A DNA stretch of 56,617 bases, filler included, from a bacterium (GCA_040757115.1; 3 parts of 3 records of this genome joined end to end with filler, not necessarily neighbours in it), one strand, 5' to 3'; positions 41,597-52,200 are shown, numbered from the whole stretch's first letter. Made by a program: numbers and translations. The notes: generated by a model not told the origin, from the letters alone.

Positions 41597-42746
41597 CTTC
41601 TTTACTTTTTCCTTTCAAAAACCAATATAAATTGGCGTAGTTCCGCCATAATTTTTTAGAAATACCATAGTTACTTGATATAGATTTCAGAACTTTTCTA
41701 GAAACTTTCCCTTGTTCAACTAATTCCTTTCCTGCCTGCTCTAAGGATGCCAATATTTGCTTTAAATAAACCCTATAAGGTGGTGCATCAGTAATAAATT
41801 GTGCACCGGGTCGTAATATAGTGGCGATAAGTGGTGTATGAAAATCCCTTGCTATCCCATGAAAAGTTTCGACCACTGGTCCGAAATACTCAATTTCAGG
41901 AAACCCATTGACAGAAAAAAGAACAATATATCGTTCCTTCGTGTTCTGCAATGGGTGCCGTGTCAGATTACGATAAGGCACAAAAACAGGTTTAACAGTA
42001 ATAAACTCCCTATCAAGAAATGCCTTCAATTTGGCAGGAATTGAACTAATGTATAATGGGAAGGCATAAATAGTCACACAACTATTGTTAACCTTTTCTA
42101 TTAACTCATTTGCAGCATCTTCAATTACACATTTTCCATTTGTTTTAGTCCAGCAGGTAAAACACCCTCGGCAAGGCTCAATGTTGAACTCCTTGTTATA
42201 AATATCAATGACTTCAACTTCTGTACCTGTCTGCTCAATGCCTTTCATCAAATATTGTAGATAGAAGTAGGTAAAGCCGTTTTTTCTCCGTGGACTCCCA
42301 TTTATAATTAGAATCTTATCAGGTTTTTTCCATACTCTTTTCTTTAGGATTTCAAAATCTTGAACCTTATCTTCTATTCCTGCTATTTCTTCATCAGTAA
42401 ATTTTTTCCCAAATACCTTATTGAACATCTTGAGATAATAAAGTGAACCTTTAATACGATATTTTCTCGTCAACCATCCCCAAGTTCCACTGATTTCACC
42501 ACTGACAATATCAAGCCAAACCGAAACTGGTGAATAGATTGTAATGGTAGGATTGCTATGTTTTCCTTCACCATACCCTGCCTTTCCTCCTGATACCGAA
42601 AGATAAAAGTAATAAGTTTCCCCATCTTCTTCCAGAACAAACTGATAAACTGCCTCAAAATCAGGAAATTGCTTATTGTCGTATAAATTAACCAAATAAC
42701 GAAAAAGGTTAGATAAATTGTCTTTTGTTGATGGTATTTCAATCAT
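41589..42746 (-). CDS. SCP2 sterol-binding domain fused to flavodoxin-like iron-sulfur flavoprotein
   Basis: N-terminal YQF..P.ITI....WLDI..G SCP2 pattern; INGSPR..G.T, CRGCFTCW..C, PLY...PAKLKAFLDR; start MIEIP with GGAGG RBS. Confidence 0.8.
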   Translation of the reverse strand: MIEIPSTKDNLSNLFRYLVNLYDNKQFPDFEAVYQFVLEEDGETYYFYLSVSGGKAGYGEGKHSNPTITIYSPVSVWLDIVSGEISGTWGWLTRKYRIKGSLYYLKMFNKVFGKKFTDEEIAGIEDKVQDFEILKKRVWKKPDKILIINGSPRRKNGFTYFYLQYLMKGIEQTGTEVEVIDIYNKEFNIEPCRGCFTCWTKTNGKCVIEDAANELIEKVNNSCVTIYAFPLYISSIPAKLKAFLDREFITVKPVFVPYRNLTRHPLQNTKERYIVLFSVNGFPEIEYFGPVVETFHGIARDFHTPLIATILRPGAQFITDAPPYRVYLKQILASLEQAGKELVEQGKVSRKVLKSISSNYGISKKLWRNYANLYWFLKGKSKEDG

Positions 42747-42780
42747 GTTTTCCTCCTTGCTAACATTCTTTGACAATTTC

Positions 42781-43113
42781 GCCCAACGGGATGCGGATGA
42801 GCGAAGTGCCCCAAAGGGGCATAGGTTCGACAGGCTCACTACAAGTTTTGGCTTCAGCCCCGATCCACTTCGTGCGACCCACCTTTGGTGGGTACCCCGC
42901 CGCCGCTGATAGCCAAAGTGACGCTTCGCAACTTCCCTTTTTCAAAAAATCCCCTTTGAGTTACATAAAGCTTTCGCCTTTCGCTCATTCGCATCCCGAT
43001 AACCAAAATGGAGCGAAGCGACATTTTGGTTATCGTTTTCGCTGTTTGTGAAGCCCGAAGGGCATTTGGGCGAAGCCGCCGAGGGCGGACGAGCCACAAA
43101 CTCTGTGTTAGCC
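42781..43113 (-). other. composite attC-like site
   Basis: GCCCAAC, mini-element, host hairpin GTTTGTG..CACAAAC, GTTAGCC. Confidence 0.85.
42788..43034. mobile_element. gene-less mini-cassette, copy 2 (247 bp)
   Basis: Same two-hairpin structure; nearly identical to 45885-46131. Confidence 0.85.
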
Positions 43114-43131
43114 GACGTGCTGATTATGCGA

Positions 43132-43875
43132 CTATTCAAGTTCGAAACTTACCGTGACTTTTGCATTGACGTTAATCTGCCCAAGAGCAATGCTGCTTTC
43201 GGCTACTGAAGGTGCACCGCCAACATTTTGAATTACATTTTGAGCCATTCCACCTCTCCACCAGCGAGAACCCCACCAAGCATTATACCAGCACCACCAT
43301 CCAACTTGATCTTCCTGGATCATATGAGGCTTGCCAATCTTCTGCCCTAGTTCCTTGGCTAAATCATTAGCTTTTTGTTCAGCTGCCTTGATTGCAAGAG
43401 CACGTGCTTGATCTCTGTACTTACGGAGCTTTGTGGTGCGGAATTGAACCCCGTGAACATAATTGGCGCCGGCTTCAAGTACATCGCTTAGGAGGTCTTC
43501 GAACTTGGCGATATCCTTTAGTGTGAATACAATCGTTTTTCGAACAAAATAACCTATAAAGTTACGCTTCTCATAATCATCACTATATCTCGGCTCAATA
43601 CTGATGTGGTCGGTTTGGACATGTTTGGATTCAATTTTATACTTTTTGGCAACTGCCAGCAGTTTCTTAACACGTTTATCATTTTGACTTTTTGCTACAC
43701 CAATATCTTTGTCGCATGTCTCCACTCCAAGGGTAAGGATAACCTCATCAGGTGTAACTCTTACTTCAGCATCTCCAGTAACTGTGATCAAGCGTAGCTC
43801 TGCAAAAGCGGAAAACGAGGAAGCCAAAACAAGAACAAAGGCAAAAATACCTCTTCTCACGATTACATTCATCAA
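43132..43875 (-). CDS. SIMPL (DUF541) domain exported protein
   Basis: Signal peptide; ITVTG.AEV.V.PD, T..ISIEP.Y, A...A..KA..LA..LG, G.I.V.A.V.V.F. Confidence 0.9.
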   Translation of the reverse strand: MMNVIVRRGIFAFVLVLASSFSAFAELRLITVTGDAEVRVTPDEVILTLGVETCDKDIGVAKSQNDKRVKKLLAVAKKYKIESKHVQTDHISIEPRYSDDYEKRNFIGYFVRKTIVFTLKDIAKFEDLLSDVLEAGANYVHGVQFRTTKLRKYRDQARALAIKAAEQKANDLAKELGQKIGKPHMIQEDQVGWWCWYNAWWGSRWWRGGMAQNVIQNVGGAPSVAESSIALGQINVNAKVTVSFELE

Positions 43876-43910
43876 TCATCCCTCCTTTCCTGACAAATTA
43901 TCAGCATGTC

Positions 43911-44081
43911 GGCTAACGTTCCCAGCATAAAAGAAGTCCAGCACTTTCCATTTCCCCTTTTCCAATATTTCAATAAAACCACTTTATGATCATCTAACTG
44001 CTCTCCGCTCTTTAACCATAAAAAGTGCTGGATTTGGGTAAGTCCGCCTCTGGCGGACGAACTTTTTATGCTGTGTTATAT
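43911..44081 (-). other. attC-like site
   Basis: GGCTAAC-gttcc-CAGCATAAAA..TTTTATGCTG-t-GTTATAT with inner TCCAGCACTTT / AAAGTGCTGGA stem. Confidence 0.85.
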
Positions 44082-45133
44082 GCTGTTGGTCGCTTTCTGT
44101 CACTTTTTCTACCACCTCTCTTTTTATTTGGTGAATACTTGCCTTTGGGTTCAAAAAGTCTAAGTTGCTGTTCTACTTTCTTTGTCTCATAGATTTTGGT
44201 TTTATCTTCTTCAACATTTTCCAACCTTCTCAAGGCAATTTCTACATATTCGGGGTTAGTGTCAATTCCTATGAATTTTCTTCCTAATTTTTTTGCAGCA
44301 ATGGCGGTTGTTCCACTTCCCACAAAAGGATCTAAAACAATTGCGGAATCTGAAAAAGTGGTTAGCTTGATTATATATTCGCATATTGCTAAGGGTTTAA
44401 CAGTTTTATGGATATTAAAGTCTCCCTTTTCTTCTTTACTTGGTTTGGGCAAAAGGAAACATTTATCCAAAACTTCGGTAATTTCATGGGTGGTTACCAC
44501 ATTAGAAGGAAACATATCTTCTCCAATTTTAACATTTGTATTTAGAAGTCCTACATTATACTTTAACATATTTTCTAAGAATGTTTTTTCACATGGTTTC
44601 TGAGCCATCATAATCGGCTCAAAACATGATTTTATTTGCGGTGTTTTCCAACCAGTTAATTTATCCTTTACTTCTTTTTTAGATTTTTTATCCCAATCTA
44701 ATCTATCTATGAAATGATTAAGTGACATCGCCTTAGGCTGATTCTGTGTATAAAGCCAAATAAAACAATCTCTTATTAAAAAGCCAGCATCATCAGCTGC
44801 TGAAACCATCCGATGATAGAGCCGAGGACTTGAAAATGAAAAGAAGAACCCACCGGGTTTTAATGCCCGGTATAGCTCTTTTGATATTTTCAGATACCAA
44901 TCATAAAAATTCTTTCCCTGATCTTTATCAAATTTCATTCCAGGTGGGAGAGATTTTACCACATGACAATAATCTGTTATTGTAGAAACTGTTTTATGAT
45001 TCCAGTTATTATCCATTTTGTCTAAAAAGTATGGAGGGTCTGTTAGGACAAGGTCTATTGAATTATCCTCAATTTGAGGTAAGACTTGTAAAGCATCTCC
45101 TAATATAATTTTATTTATCAATGCTCTATTCAT
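44066..45133 (-). CDS. beta-class DNA methyltransferase (DPPY, probably m6A)
   Basis: LTDPPY, HKTVKP, DPFVGSGTT; stop lies inside the attC. Confidence 0.9.
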   Translation of the reverse strand: MNRALINKIILGDALQVLPQIEDNSIDLVLTDPPYFLDKMDNNWNHKTVSTITDYCHVVKSLPPGMKFDKDQGKNFYDWYLKISKELYRALKPGGFFFSFSSPRLYHRMVSAADDAGFLIRDCFIWLYTQNQPKAMSLNHFIDRLDWDKKSKKEVKDKLTGWKTPQIKSCFEPIMMAQKPCEKTFLENMLKYNVGLLNTNVKIGEDMFPSNVVTTHEITEVLDKCFLLPKPSKEEKGDFNIHKTVKPLAICEYIIKLTTFSDSAIVLDPFVGSGTTAIAAKKLGRKFIGIDTNPEYVEIALRRLENVEEDKTKIYETKKVEQQLRLFEPKGKYSPNKKRGGRKSDRKRPTAYNTA

Positions 45134-45847
45134 TTGGGTTCCTCCCATTACATTCTTCATATAAAATCTTGTATACTTGCCACCTGACTTCTTTATCTGA
45201 CCTTTTTATTACGTTGGAATTTGCCAGTTTTATTACCCTACCTCTTTCATCATAAACCCAATTATTTCTATCTGCCTGATTACACTTTTCACACTGTGGG
45301 ATAATGTTTCCTGCAACCAGAGGTTGATTTGGATCTTTATGTGCTATTTGTAAGCTGGTAATAGTGTTTGGCCAATGGATATGTGGCTTACTTTCTTCTG
45401 AACCACAGGTGACACATCTATATCCATACTGTTTCTTAAGATTTTCCCAATCACCAGTTTCTTCTATTTTGTGCCCTTTGAAAGCAGGATAAGGTTTTTC
45501 CAGTGTTATAAGTTTATACTCTCCAGATTCAAGAGTCACATGTCTATTACCACGAGTGCCCGATACAATGAACCAGTCTTTTTGAGCCCCAAGATGCCTT
45601 GCTTGCTCAACATCAGCCGTATCAGGATAATATTGGCGAACGAATTGTGTAAGTTCTCCTTTTGAAATCTTTTTCGCCTTAGGATAACCCTGTGCCAGAT
45701 AAACTAATACAAGAGTATCCTTTGTATAATTCCCATGTGTATCGTCAACTTAGGTAGTTTCACTTCATATTGCTTTAAATGTTTATCATGATACTCGCAT
45801 ATCATTTTGTAAATCTTCTTTATCTCCTTGTCAGATAATCGTTTCAT
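45126..45847 (-). pseudogene. frameshifted HNH-type restriction endonuclease
   Basis: MKRLSDKEIK..KLPKLT continues after a 1-bp frameshift near 45745 as DTHGNYTK..QARHLGAQK..CVTC..AHKDP..CEKCN; total 722 bp = 3n-1. Confidence 0.75.
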
Positions 45848-45877
45848 ATTTTATCTCCTTTTCAGACGACCAATTGC

Positions 45878-46207
45878 GTATAACGGGATACGGATGAGCG
45901 AAGTGCCCCAAAGGGGCATAGGTTCGACAGGCTCACTACAAGTTTTGGCTTCAGCCCCGACCCACTTCGTGCGACCCACCTTTGGTGGGTACCCCGCCGC
46001 CGCTGATAGCCGAAGTGACGCAGAGCAACTTCCCTTTTTCAAAAAATCCCCTTTGAGTTACATAAAGCTTTCGCCTTTCGCTCATCCGCATCCCGATAAC
46101 CAAAATGGAGCGAAGCGACATTTTGGTTATCGTTTTCGGTGTAAAAGAAGTTTCAGCGAAGCCGAATTTGGACGAAGCGAAGCGTAGTCTTTTACACCGT
46201 GTTATGT
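45878..46207 (-). other. composite attC-like site
   Basis: GTATAAC, mini-element, host hairpin CGGTGTAAAAGA..TCTTTTACACCG-t-GTTATGT. Confidence 0.85.
45885..46131. mobile_element. gene-less mini-cassette, copy 3 (247 bp)
   Basis: Same two-hairpin structure at the same insertion point. Confidence 0.85.
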
Positions 46208-46354
46208 GATGTGCGTACCAATCTTTTGTTTTCGTAAATAGCCGTATTTTTCTTTGAGTTCATGGAGAAATGCATCGCGGTTAGTAGAATACTTTTTGCT
46301 TAACTCTTCACGAATCTTCCGCTGAAATTTCACAGCATCAAATTTCTTTTTCAT
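46202..46354 (-). CDS. 50-aa putative antitoxin (not in ORF track)
   Basis: MKKKFDAVKFQRKIREELSKKYSTNRDAFLHELKEKYGYLRKQKIGTHIT*; GGAGG RBS; overlaps the PIN gene. Confidence 0.7.
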   Translation of the reverse strand: MKKKFDAVKFQRKIREELSKKYSTNRDAFLHELKEKYGYLRKQKIGTHIT

Positions 46355-46802
46355 GGATAACCTCCCTTGGACTCCTAATCTCGAGGATAGGATAACCTAA
46401 TTTTAAATTGACCGAATTAAAAGCATGGATACGGTTAAGATTTACAATTTGCTGGAAGTTCCAGCTAACAAGCACATCCACCCGTTCCACTGAAGCTATT
46501 GCAATATGTTGAGCGTCTACTATATGCTTTGCACTTACCACTCCCTCATCAATGTAATTTTGTGCCAAGATATCAGCTTCCTCTGTAAGGAAAACATTCT
46601 CTACATTTGCATCCGGAAGAGAGAATAAAATTTTCCTTACACTTTCTGGAGCTTTTTCAATCTCTTTATGAGTTAAATCGGAAACAACAGCAATTCGTAA
46701 ACCTTGTCGAAACTCCTTAAACAATTGAATAGACCATTGGGAAAATTCTTCATCTTCACATCCACCAATGACAGATGTATCGATATAAACCCGCTGCTTC
46801 AT
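46338..46802 (-). CDS. PIN-domain RNase toxin
   Basis: VYIDTSV, DAQHIAIA, LVSWNF. Confidence 0.9.
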   Translation of the reverse strand: MKQRVYIDTSVIGGCEDEEFSQWSIQLFKEFRQGLRIAVVSDLTHKEIEKAPESVRKILFSLPDANVENVFLTEEADILAQNYIDEGVVSAKHIVDAQHIAIASVERVDVLVSWNFQQIVNLNRIHAFNSVNLKLGYPILEIRSPREVIHEKEI

Positions 46803-46844
46803 ATTATCTTACCTTCATACTTATATTTCAAAACTACGCATTTC

Positions 46845-46933
46845 AGATAACGTTCCCAGCATAAAAGAAGTTTTTGCGAAGCAAAAATTTGGGTGAGTGC
46901 CATAAGGCACGAACCTTTTATGCTCTGTTATAC
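46845..46933 (-). other. attC-like site
   Basis: AGATAAC-gttccc-AGCATAAAAG..CTTTTATGCT-ct-GTTATAC. Confidence 0.85.
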
Positions 46934-46977
46934 AACTGTGCCGTGCTCATTCTAAGAAACTCTTAGAAAATCTCATT

Positions 46978-47934
46978 TTAATTTCCTTGCAACTCCTTAA
47001 GAATGAAATCTATCCATTTTTGATACCAATACCATGTCCCACAAACTTCGACACCAAATCCTTTGGCAGGATTTTTGCCATTATGGTCTTTCCAGAATTG
47101 GGTGTGTTGAGACGGTCCAAATTCATTATGACCTTCAGCTTGAACTTTTTTCAGAACATCTTTTCGTAAAAATTTAGGTTTTTCTCTATCTTCTTTTATC
47201 CAATATTCCTTTGATATATTCTTGGCTAATGGCGATTCAGGGTCAATAAATTCAATCACTCTATCCGCTTGCCCTTGCCTTTTAGCAACAACCTTTGAAA
47301 ATAAAAGCCGATAAGCAAATCTATCGCTCTTTATTTCATCATCAGTAAGAGAGTTGTCAAAATCCGCAATATATGAGTGAATTTCTTTTGGTATTAACCC
47401 TTCCTTATCTTTAATTATATTTGCTTGTGTATAATCAAGTTCTGCAAACTGCAAACTTAAAGCTAAATTATTATCAAGTGAGTATTTTGTACCAAATAGT
47501 TCTTTCAAATAGTAATTATAATTCAAAGCACATGCTTGGTAACGGGCCGAAAGGTAAGAATCTAATCCAGTAGCTTTTTTATGCTCAATTTGATTTCGTA
47601 ATCCTATAAGAAATTTAAGATTGTTTGAAGTATTTTTATCAAGAGGGCATTCAGATTTTGAAATACATTCCTTGATGTCCCAATGTTTAATGCTTCCATC
47701 TGGGTTTCGTAAGAATTTCTTCCGCTCCTTGGGAATAGTGTAATAACGGTAATCAATTTTTTTTGACCTATAGTATGCATGAAGAAGATATGTCCAAGCA
47801 ATAATAAAAAGTACTATGAATGATTCCGTTTTAAAGGTAGTAAGAGGGTTATTATATATTTGAACAGCAGAGAGAGCTGCTTCTCTTGATTTTAAGATTA
47901 AATCTACCTTTTCAGAAAAGAGTCGTCTATGCAT
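46978..47934 (-). CDS. DUF3644-like protein with HEPN motif
   Basis: KSREA...AV.IYN.P, F.VL..IAW.YLLHA, LRNQIEH (RX4H). Confidence 0.75.
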   Translation of the reverse strand: MHRRLFSEKVDLILKSREAALSAVQIYNNPLTTFKTESFIVLFIIAWTYLLHAYYRSKKIDYRYYTIPKERKKFLRNPDGSIKHWDIKECISKSECPLDKNTSNNLKFLIGLRNQIEHKKATGLDSYLSARYQACALNYNYYLKELFGTKYSLDNNLALSLQFAELDYTQANIIKDKEGLIPKEIHSYIADFDNSLTDDEIKSDRFAYRLLFSKVVAKRQGQADRVIEFIDPESPLAKNISKEYWIKEDREKPKFLRKDVLKKVQAEGHNEFGPSQHTQFWKDHNGKNPAKGFGVEVCGTWYWYQKWIDFILKELQGN

Positions 47935-47974
47935 ATTTTCAATTCCTTCTATTTACTTCTAGGCACGGCATGTT

Positions 47975-48056
47975 GTATAACGTTCCTGATGTAAAAGAAG
48001 TTTTGCGAAGCAAAATTTGGACGAAGTGAAACGAAGTCTTTTACATCGTGTTATAC
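47975..48056 (-). other. attC-like site
   Basis: GTATAAC-gttcct-GATGTAAAAGA..TCTTTTACATC-gt-GTTATAC. Confidence 0.85.
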
Positions 48057-48097
48057 GCTGTGCCGGGCTCTTTTATAATCATACTTAAAGTAAACTC

Positions 48098-48298
48098 TTA
48101 TGCCTTTCTCAATAAAACCCCTTTCTCACTTGGTCTAACTTGAGCTACTCCATCTAAATGTTTGATATTTTCTAACCCTTTCTTTGTAGTCTCAACTCCT
48201 ACAATATCTGTAAGACTGGAGACAAATAAAATATTGCCGTATTCTTTAATCCTCTCAACTGCCTGAGTATCCTTAATTTTGGCTAAGATTCTAATCAT
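48098..48298 (-). CDS. stand-alone subtilase prodomain/I9-like protein
   Basis: 66 aa; aligns by eye with residues 1-65 of the adjacent S8 protease; ATGA overlap. Confidence 0.75.
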   Translation of the reverse strand: MIRILAKIKDTQAVERIKEYGNILFVSSLTDIVGVETTKKGLENIKHLDGVAQVRPSEKGVLLRKA

Positions 48299-49278
48299 TC
48301 TTCTAACACCTCCAGTAACTTATGGATATTAAGCAACCCATATCCCTGTTCATTTCTTCTATATCCCAAGTCCTTGCAACTCTGTTTTATAGAATTTATT
48401 ACCCATTCTTTATCTTGATACTTACTAAAAAGAGAAGCTAATGTGCCTGTTATTATTGGTGTGGAGATAGAAGTTCCCATAACCTTAAATTTGCCAATAG
48501 AAAGAGAACCCGGGGCTAGCAAATCCGGCTTTTCTTGAAATACAAACCCTCTACTGCTGTAATTAGCTATCTTTTCATCCTCACTCGCTCCAATGGTTAT
48601 CGCCTTATTGGCATTACCTGGACAGGATATAGTTCCTTCTTCTGGTCCCCAATTCCCAGCCGCAGATACTACATATAGACCATTATCAACCAATACATCT
48701 ACATACTGACAAAGCCAGCAGTCTCCCTGACATCTTCTGGAAAAACCCAAAGATAGGTTGACTATATGAGCTTTATTTTGATAAGACCATTCTAAGGCTT
48801 GAAATAATGCTATCTCGTCAACCTCTCCAAAACGGTTTACTACCTTTCCAATCAACATTGAGGAGTCAGGAGCAATTGACTGAATTAGCTTAGAGATAAT
48901 AGTGCCATGAGTAATCTCATCTTGCAACCCTTCTTCTGTAAAGTCTTTATCCAGGATAACCGAATATTTTAATCCCGAATCTTGAAGGAATACTCCACTA
49001 TCCAAGATAGAGATATAGATACCTGCACCAAATAGACCCATCTCATGAAGATGTTGAATCCCTATCTTAAACAATGTTTGATTGAATAAGATGGTCCCTT
49101 TCTCACTCTCTCTGAACTCTTCGATAAAACCAATCTGTTTTAATGCTTCTGGGTATTTTGTTTCAAGACCAATTATATCAACAAGCTTCGTTTGGAAGAG
49201 TAAGGATACTCCTATCTTTTTTAATTCTTCTATATGCTCAGACTTCATCTTATCCTTTAACTTTGCAAGTAGTCGCAT
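48295..49278 (-). CDS. S8 (subtilisin-like) serine protease, no signal peptide
   Basis: ILDSG, HGT, AAGN, GTSISTP catalytic motifs; NLSLG, YSSRG, KPDLLAPG, QGYG. Confidence 0.92.
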   Translation of the reverse strand: MRLLAKLKDKMKSEHIEELKKIGVSLLFQTKLVDIIGLETKYPEALKQIGFIEEFRESEKGTILFNQTLFKIGIQHLHEMGLFGAGIYISILDSGVFLQDSGLKYSVILDKDFTEEGLQDEITHGTIISKLIQSIAPDSSMLIGKVVNRFGEVDEIALFQALEWSYQNKAHIVNLSLGFSRRCQGDCWLCQYVDVLVDNGLYVVSAAGNWGPEEGTISCPGNANKAITIGASEDEKIANYSSRGFVFQEKPDLLAPGSLSIGKFKVMGTSISTPIITGTLASLFSKYQDKEWVINSIKQSCKDLGYRRNEQGYGLLNIHKLLEVLEE

Positions 49279-49295
49279 AATCCTCTACCTTTTTA

Positions 49296-52200
49296 TCATA
49301 CAAAATGATTTTTAAATAAAGCTTGAATTTCTTTAGCAATAGCGACTCGGTCAGGCATGTAATTTTCTTTTTCAAGTTCTGTAAGATGCCAATCAATCTC
49401 TACGGTTAACCACTCATGCTTGCCACTTATGTCAGTTAGTTTAACCTCCATGTCATTCAGAGGATCAATGTAATTCTTGTAATCCTTTCCCTCCAAAGCT
49501 AATGCAATACAAACAAGCGAAGCAGCAATCACTTTTTCTTTATCTAAGAGAGTACCTCGAGTCAATCTTTTATAAGTAGCGATAACCTCATTGTACCTTC
49601 TAAGACAAATTTTCACTTCCATTTCTCCTAAAAATGCCATTTTATTTAAAGGGTTAAGTCCAGTAGCCATCTGATAATCAGGGATAGAATTTACCAAATC
49701 TCCTTTTTGAGAATAGCAACCAGCCCTTTGCATATAATTATTATCATTACCTGGTTCAATCTTAATCGCCTTAGTGAAGTCCTGAATTGCCATATTTAAA
49801 TAGTTTTCAGCGTATTCAGGGGAACAGACAGCCAAAATTCTATAACATATTCCTCGTCGATTATAGGCACCAGCAAAGCTTGGGTTTATTTCTAAGACTT
49901 CAGTATATTTTTCTGCTGCCTTTTCCAAATTATCTTTTTTAAACAAATCATTAGCTTCTTTTAATGCTTGCTTGTACTTAATAACATCTTCTTCACTTAG
50001 GTAGTGTTTTTTAAAGAGATTATGAATTATTAAGGCATTATCAATCCGATCCTGTGAAATTCCTAACTCTTTTAGCTTGGGCTCAGAAATATATGGTTCA
50101 ATATCATTTGGATCATAAATATCCTTAAAGAGCTTAATTGTAATATCTTTTAATGAAGCCATGTAATCTTCGTATGGTATACCCTCTAAGGAGAGAGCTA
50201 AACATATAAAATGTGCTGCAATTACCCTATATTGATGGGACAGTCTATTTATGCGAATGTCTTTATATGTTTTTCTGGCTTCAGAATACCTACATAGCCA
50301 AATTTCAATCTCCATTTTAGACATTATTGCAGCTATATTTTGGGGATTCAACCTAATTGCCTCACCATAGTCTGAAATTGCCTTCTCTAAATCTTTCTTA
50401 TATACATAGCAGTTACCCCTTCCATGAAATAATGAGCTGGTAGGTTTAATCTGTATAGCTCTGGTATAGTTTTCAATTCCATTGTCAAAGAATTTGTTAT
50501 TATCTTTTGACTTACCTAACTTCAAATATATATCTCCTACCATTTCATATGTTTTGGCAAGATTTGAACCTATTTCTATAGCTTTATCACACTCTTCCAA
50601 TGCAGTTTCAATCTGGTCATTTTTAAAGAGTTGGTTTGCTTCTGCCAAGTAGATTTTACATAGCTGGTTACTGTAAACCCCTTCAGATATAAAATCTCCA
50701 CTTCCTTTTGCCACAGCTATCGCCTGGTGATAATAGTCTATCGCCTTGCTAAATTGGTTTGAGAAAAAGGAGAGATTTCCAAGATTAGAAACGAAACTAC
50801 CTTCTTGTTGTTTATCTCCAATTTTTTTGGCAATTTCTAAGCCATCACGATAATACTCCTCAGCCTGCTTAAATTGACTTAATAAAGCATAAATATTCCC
50901 AAGATTGCAGAGAGCCTTCATTTGATTTGTTAAGTCTTTATTCTCTTTGGCATTGCTTAGTTCATCTGATAAAGAGCCTATTTTCTTATTTTTCTTATCC
51001 CACTGTTTTATTTTTTCTTTAAAGAAATCTTGAACCGAATCTTCATATTGTTCATCTCCAATCTCTTTAGCAATATTTTCTGCCTGAATAAAACATTCCA
51101 TTGCCTTGTCAGATTGACCTGACTTGATATATACATCACCAAGCATAGAAATATAATTACCTTCATTCTGTAGATCTTCATCTTCTTGAGCGATTTTTAG
51201 TGCCTTAGAAAGATAACCAATAGCCTTGTCAAATTGCTCTAATTTAGAATAGCTTTCTCCAATCTTAGACAAAATATTGCTTTCATGCTGTCTGTTCCTC
51301 ATCTTTTTGGCAATATCAAGGCCATACTCAAAGTATTCAATAGCCTGATAAAACTCTAAGAGATCAAAGTACACTATGCCTATATTCCAGAGATCTGAAA
51401 TCTCATTTTCTAGACTTCTCATTTCTTTACTAATCTTCACCGCCTCTTTATAATATTCAATAGCTTCCAGGAATTCTGCAGAAGCCCAATATATGTTGCC
51501 AAGGGAAGATAATTGATAATGTATTCCTTTTCTAAAGAGAATGCTCTTTGAGATAGATAAGGCATCTTTAAGAAAATCTATTGCCTTTGATGAATATCCT
51601 GATTTATAGTACTGGTTACCCAAAACACCAAGCCACCAGCTTTCATGTCTTCTGTCTTTGGTCTCAATAGCAATTGCATGGGCTAATTCATAACATTCAA
51701 TTGCTTTTTTATGCTCGTCTCTTTCCTCATAAATATTTCCTAAATCCCCAAGCCATATACCTTCATATCTTCTATCTTTACTTTCAGGTTCGCGACAAAT
51801 ATCTATAGCCTGTTTATAGTACTCCTCAGCCTTTTCCAAATCTCCTTTTGAATGGAGTGCATTACCCAAGCATCCAAAATTTCTTCCTTCAATCTTCCGA
51901 TTTTTAATTTCCTTGAAAAATGCTTTGGCCAGATTGTGGTATTCTATTGATTCATCGATTTCACCCAGAAAATGGCATACATCTCCTAAGTTTACAAGTT
52001 GTGTACATTCACTATTCTTATCCTGGCAAACTTGGGCAATGGATAGAGCTTCTTTATAATATCTCTTTGCCTCTTGTATGTCTCCCAAATCGCGGAATAC
52101 AAGCCCTAAATTACCAAGAAGAATACTTAACTTATCCTCTGGAATCTCTTTTCTTTTTTCTTCAAAACCTTTATAAATGTTCATCAACTCTCTAAAGTAA

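Noticed and set aside
42788-43034. Group IIC-attC intron or IS1111-attC as the identity of the mini-element
   Set aside because: Too short; no RT or transposase, no GTGYG 5' end and no recognisable domain V
42718-43139. Short ORFs over the composite attC sites (also 45828-46187, 45851-46042, 54573-55025 and the N-terminal extensions of 38393-39064 and 41589-42839)
   Set aside because: Chance frames across GC-rich palindromes; starts, stops and frames differ between copies
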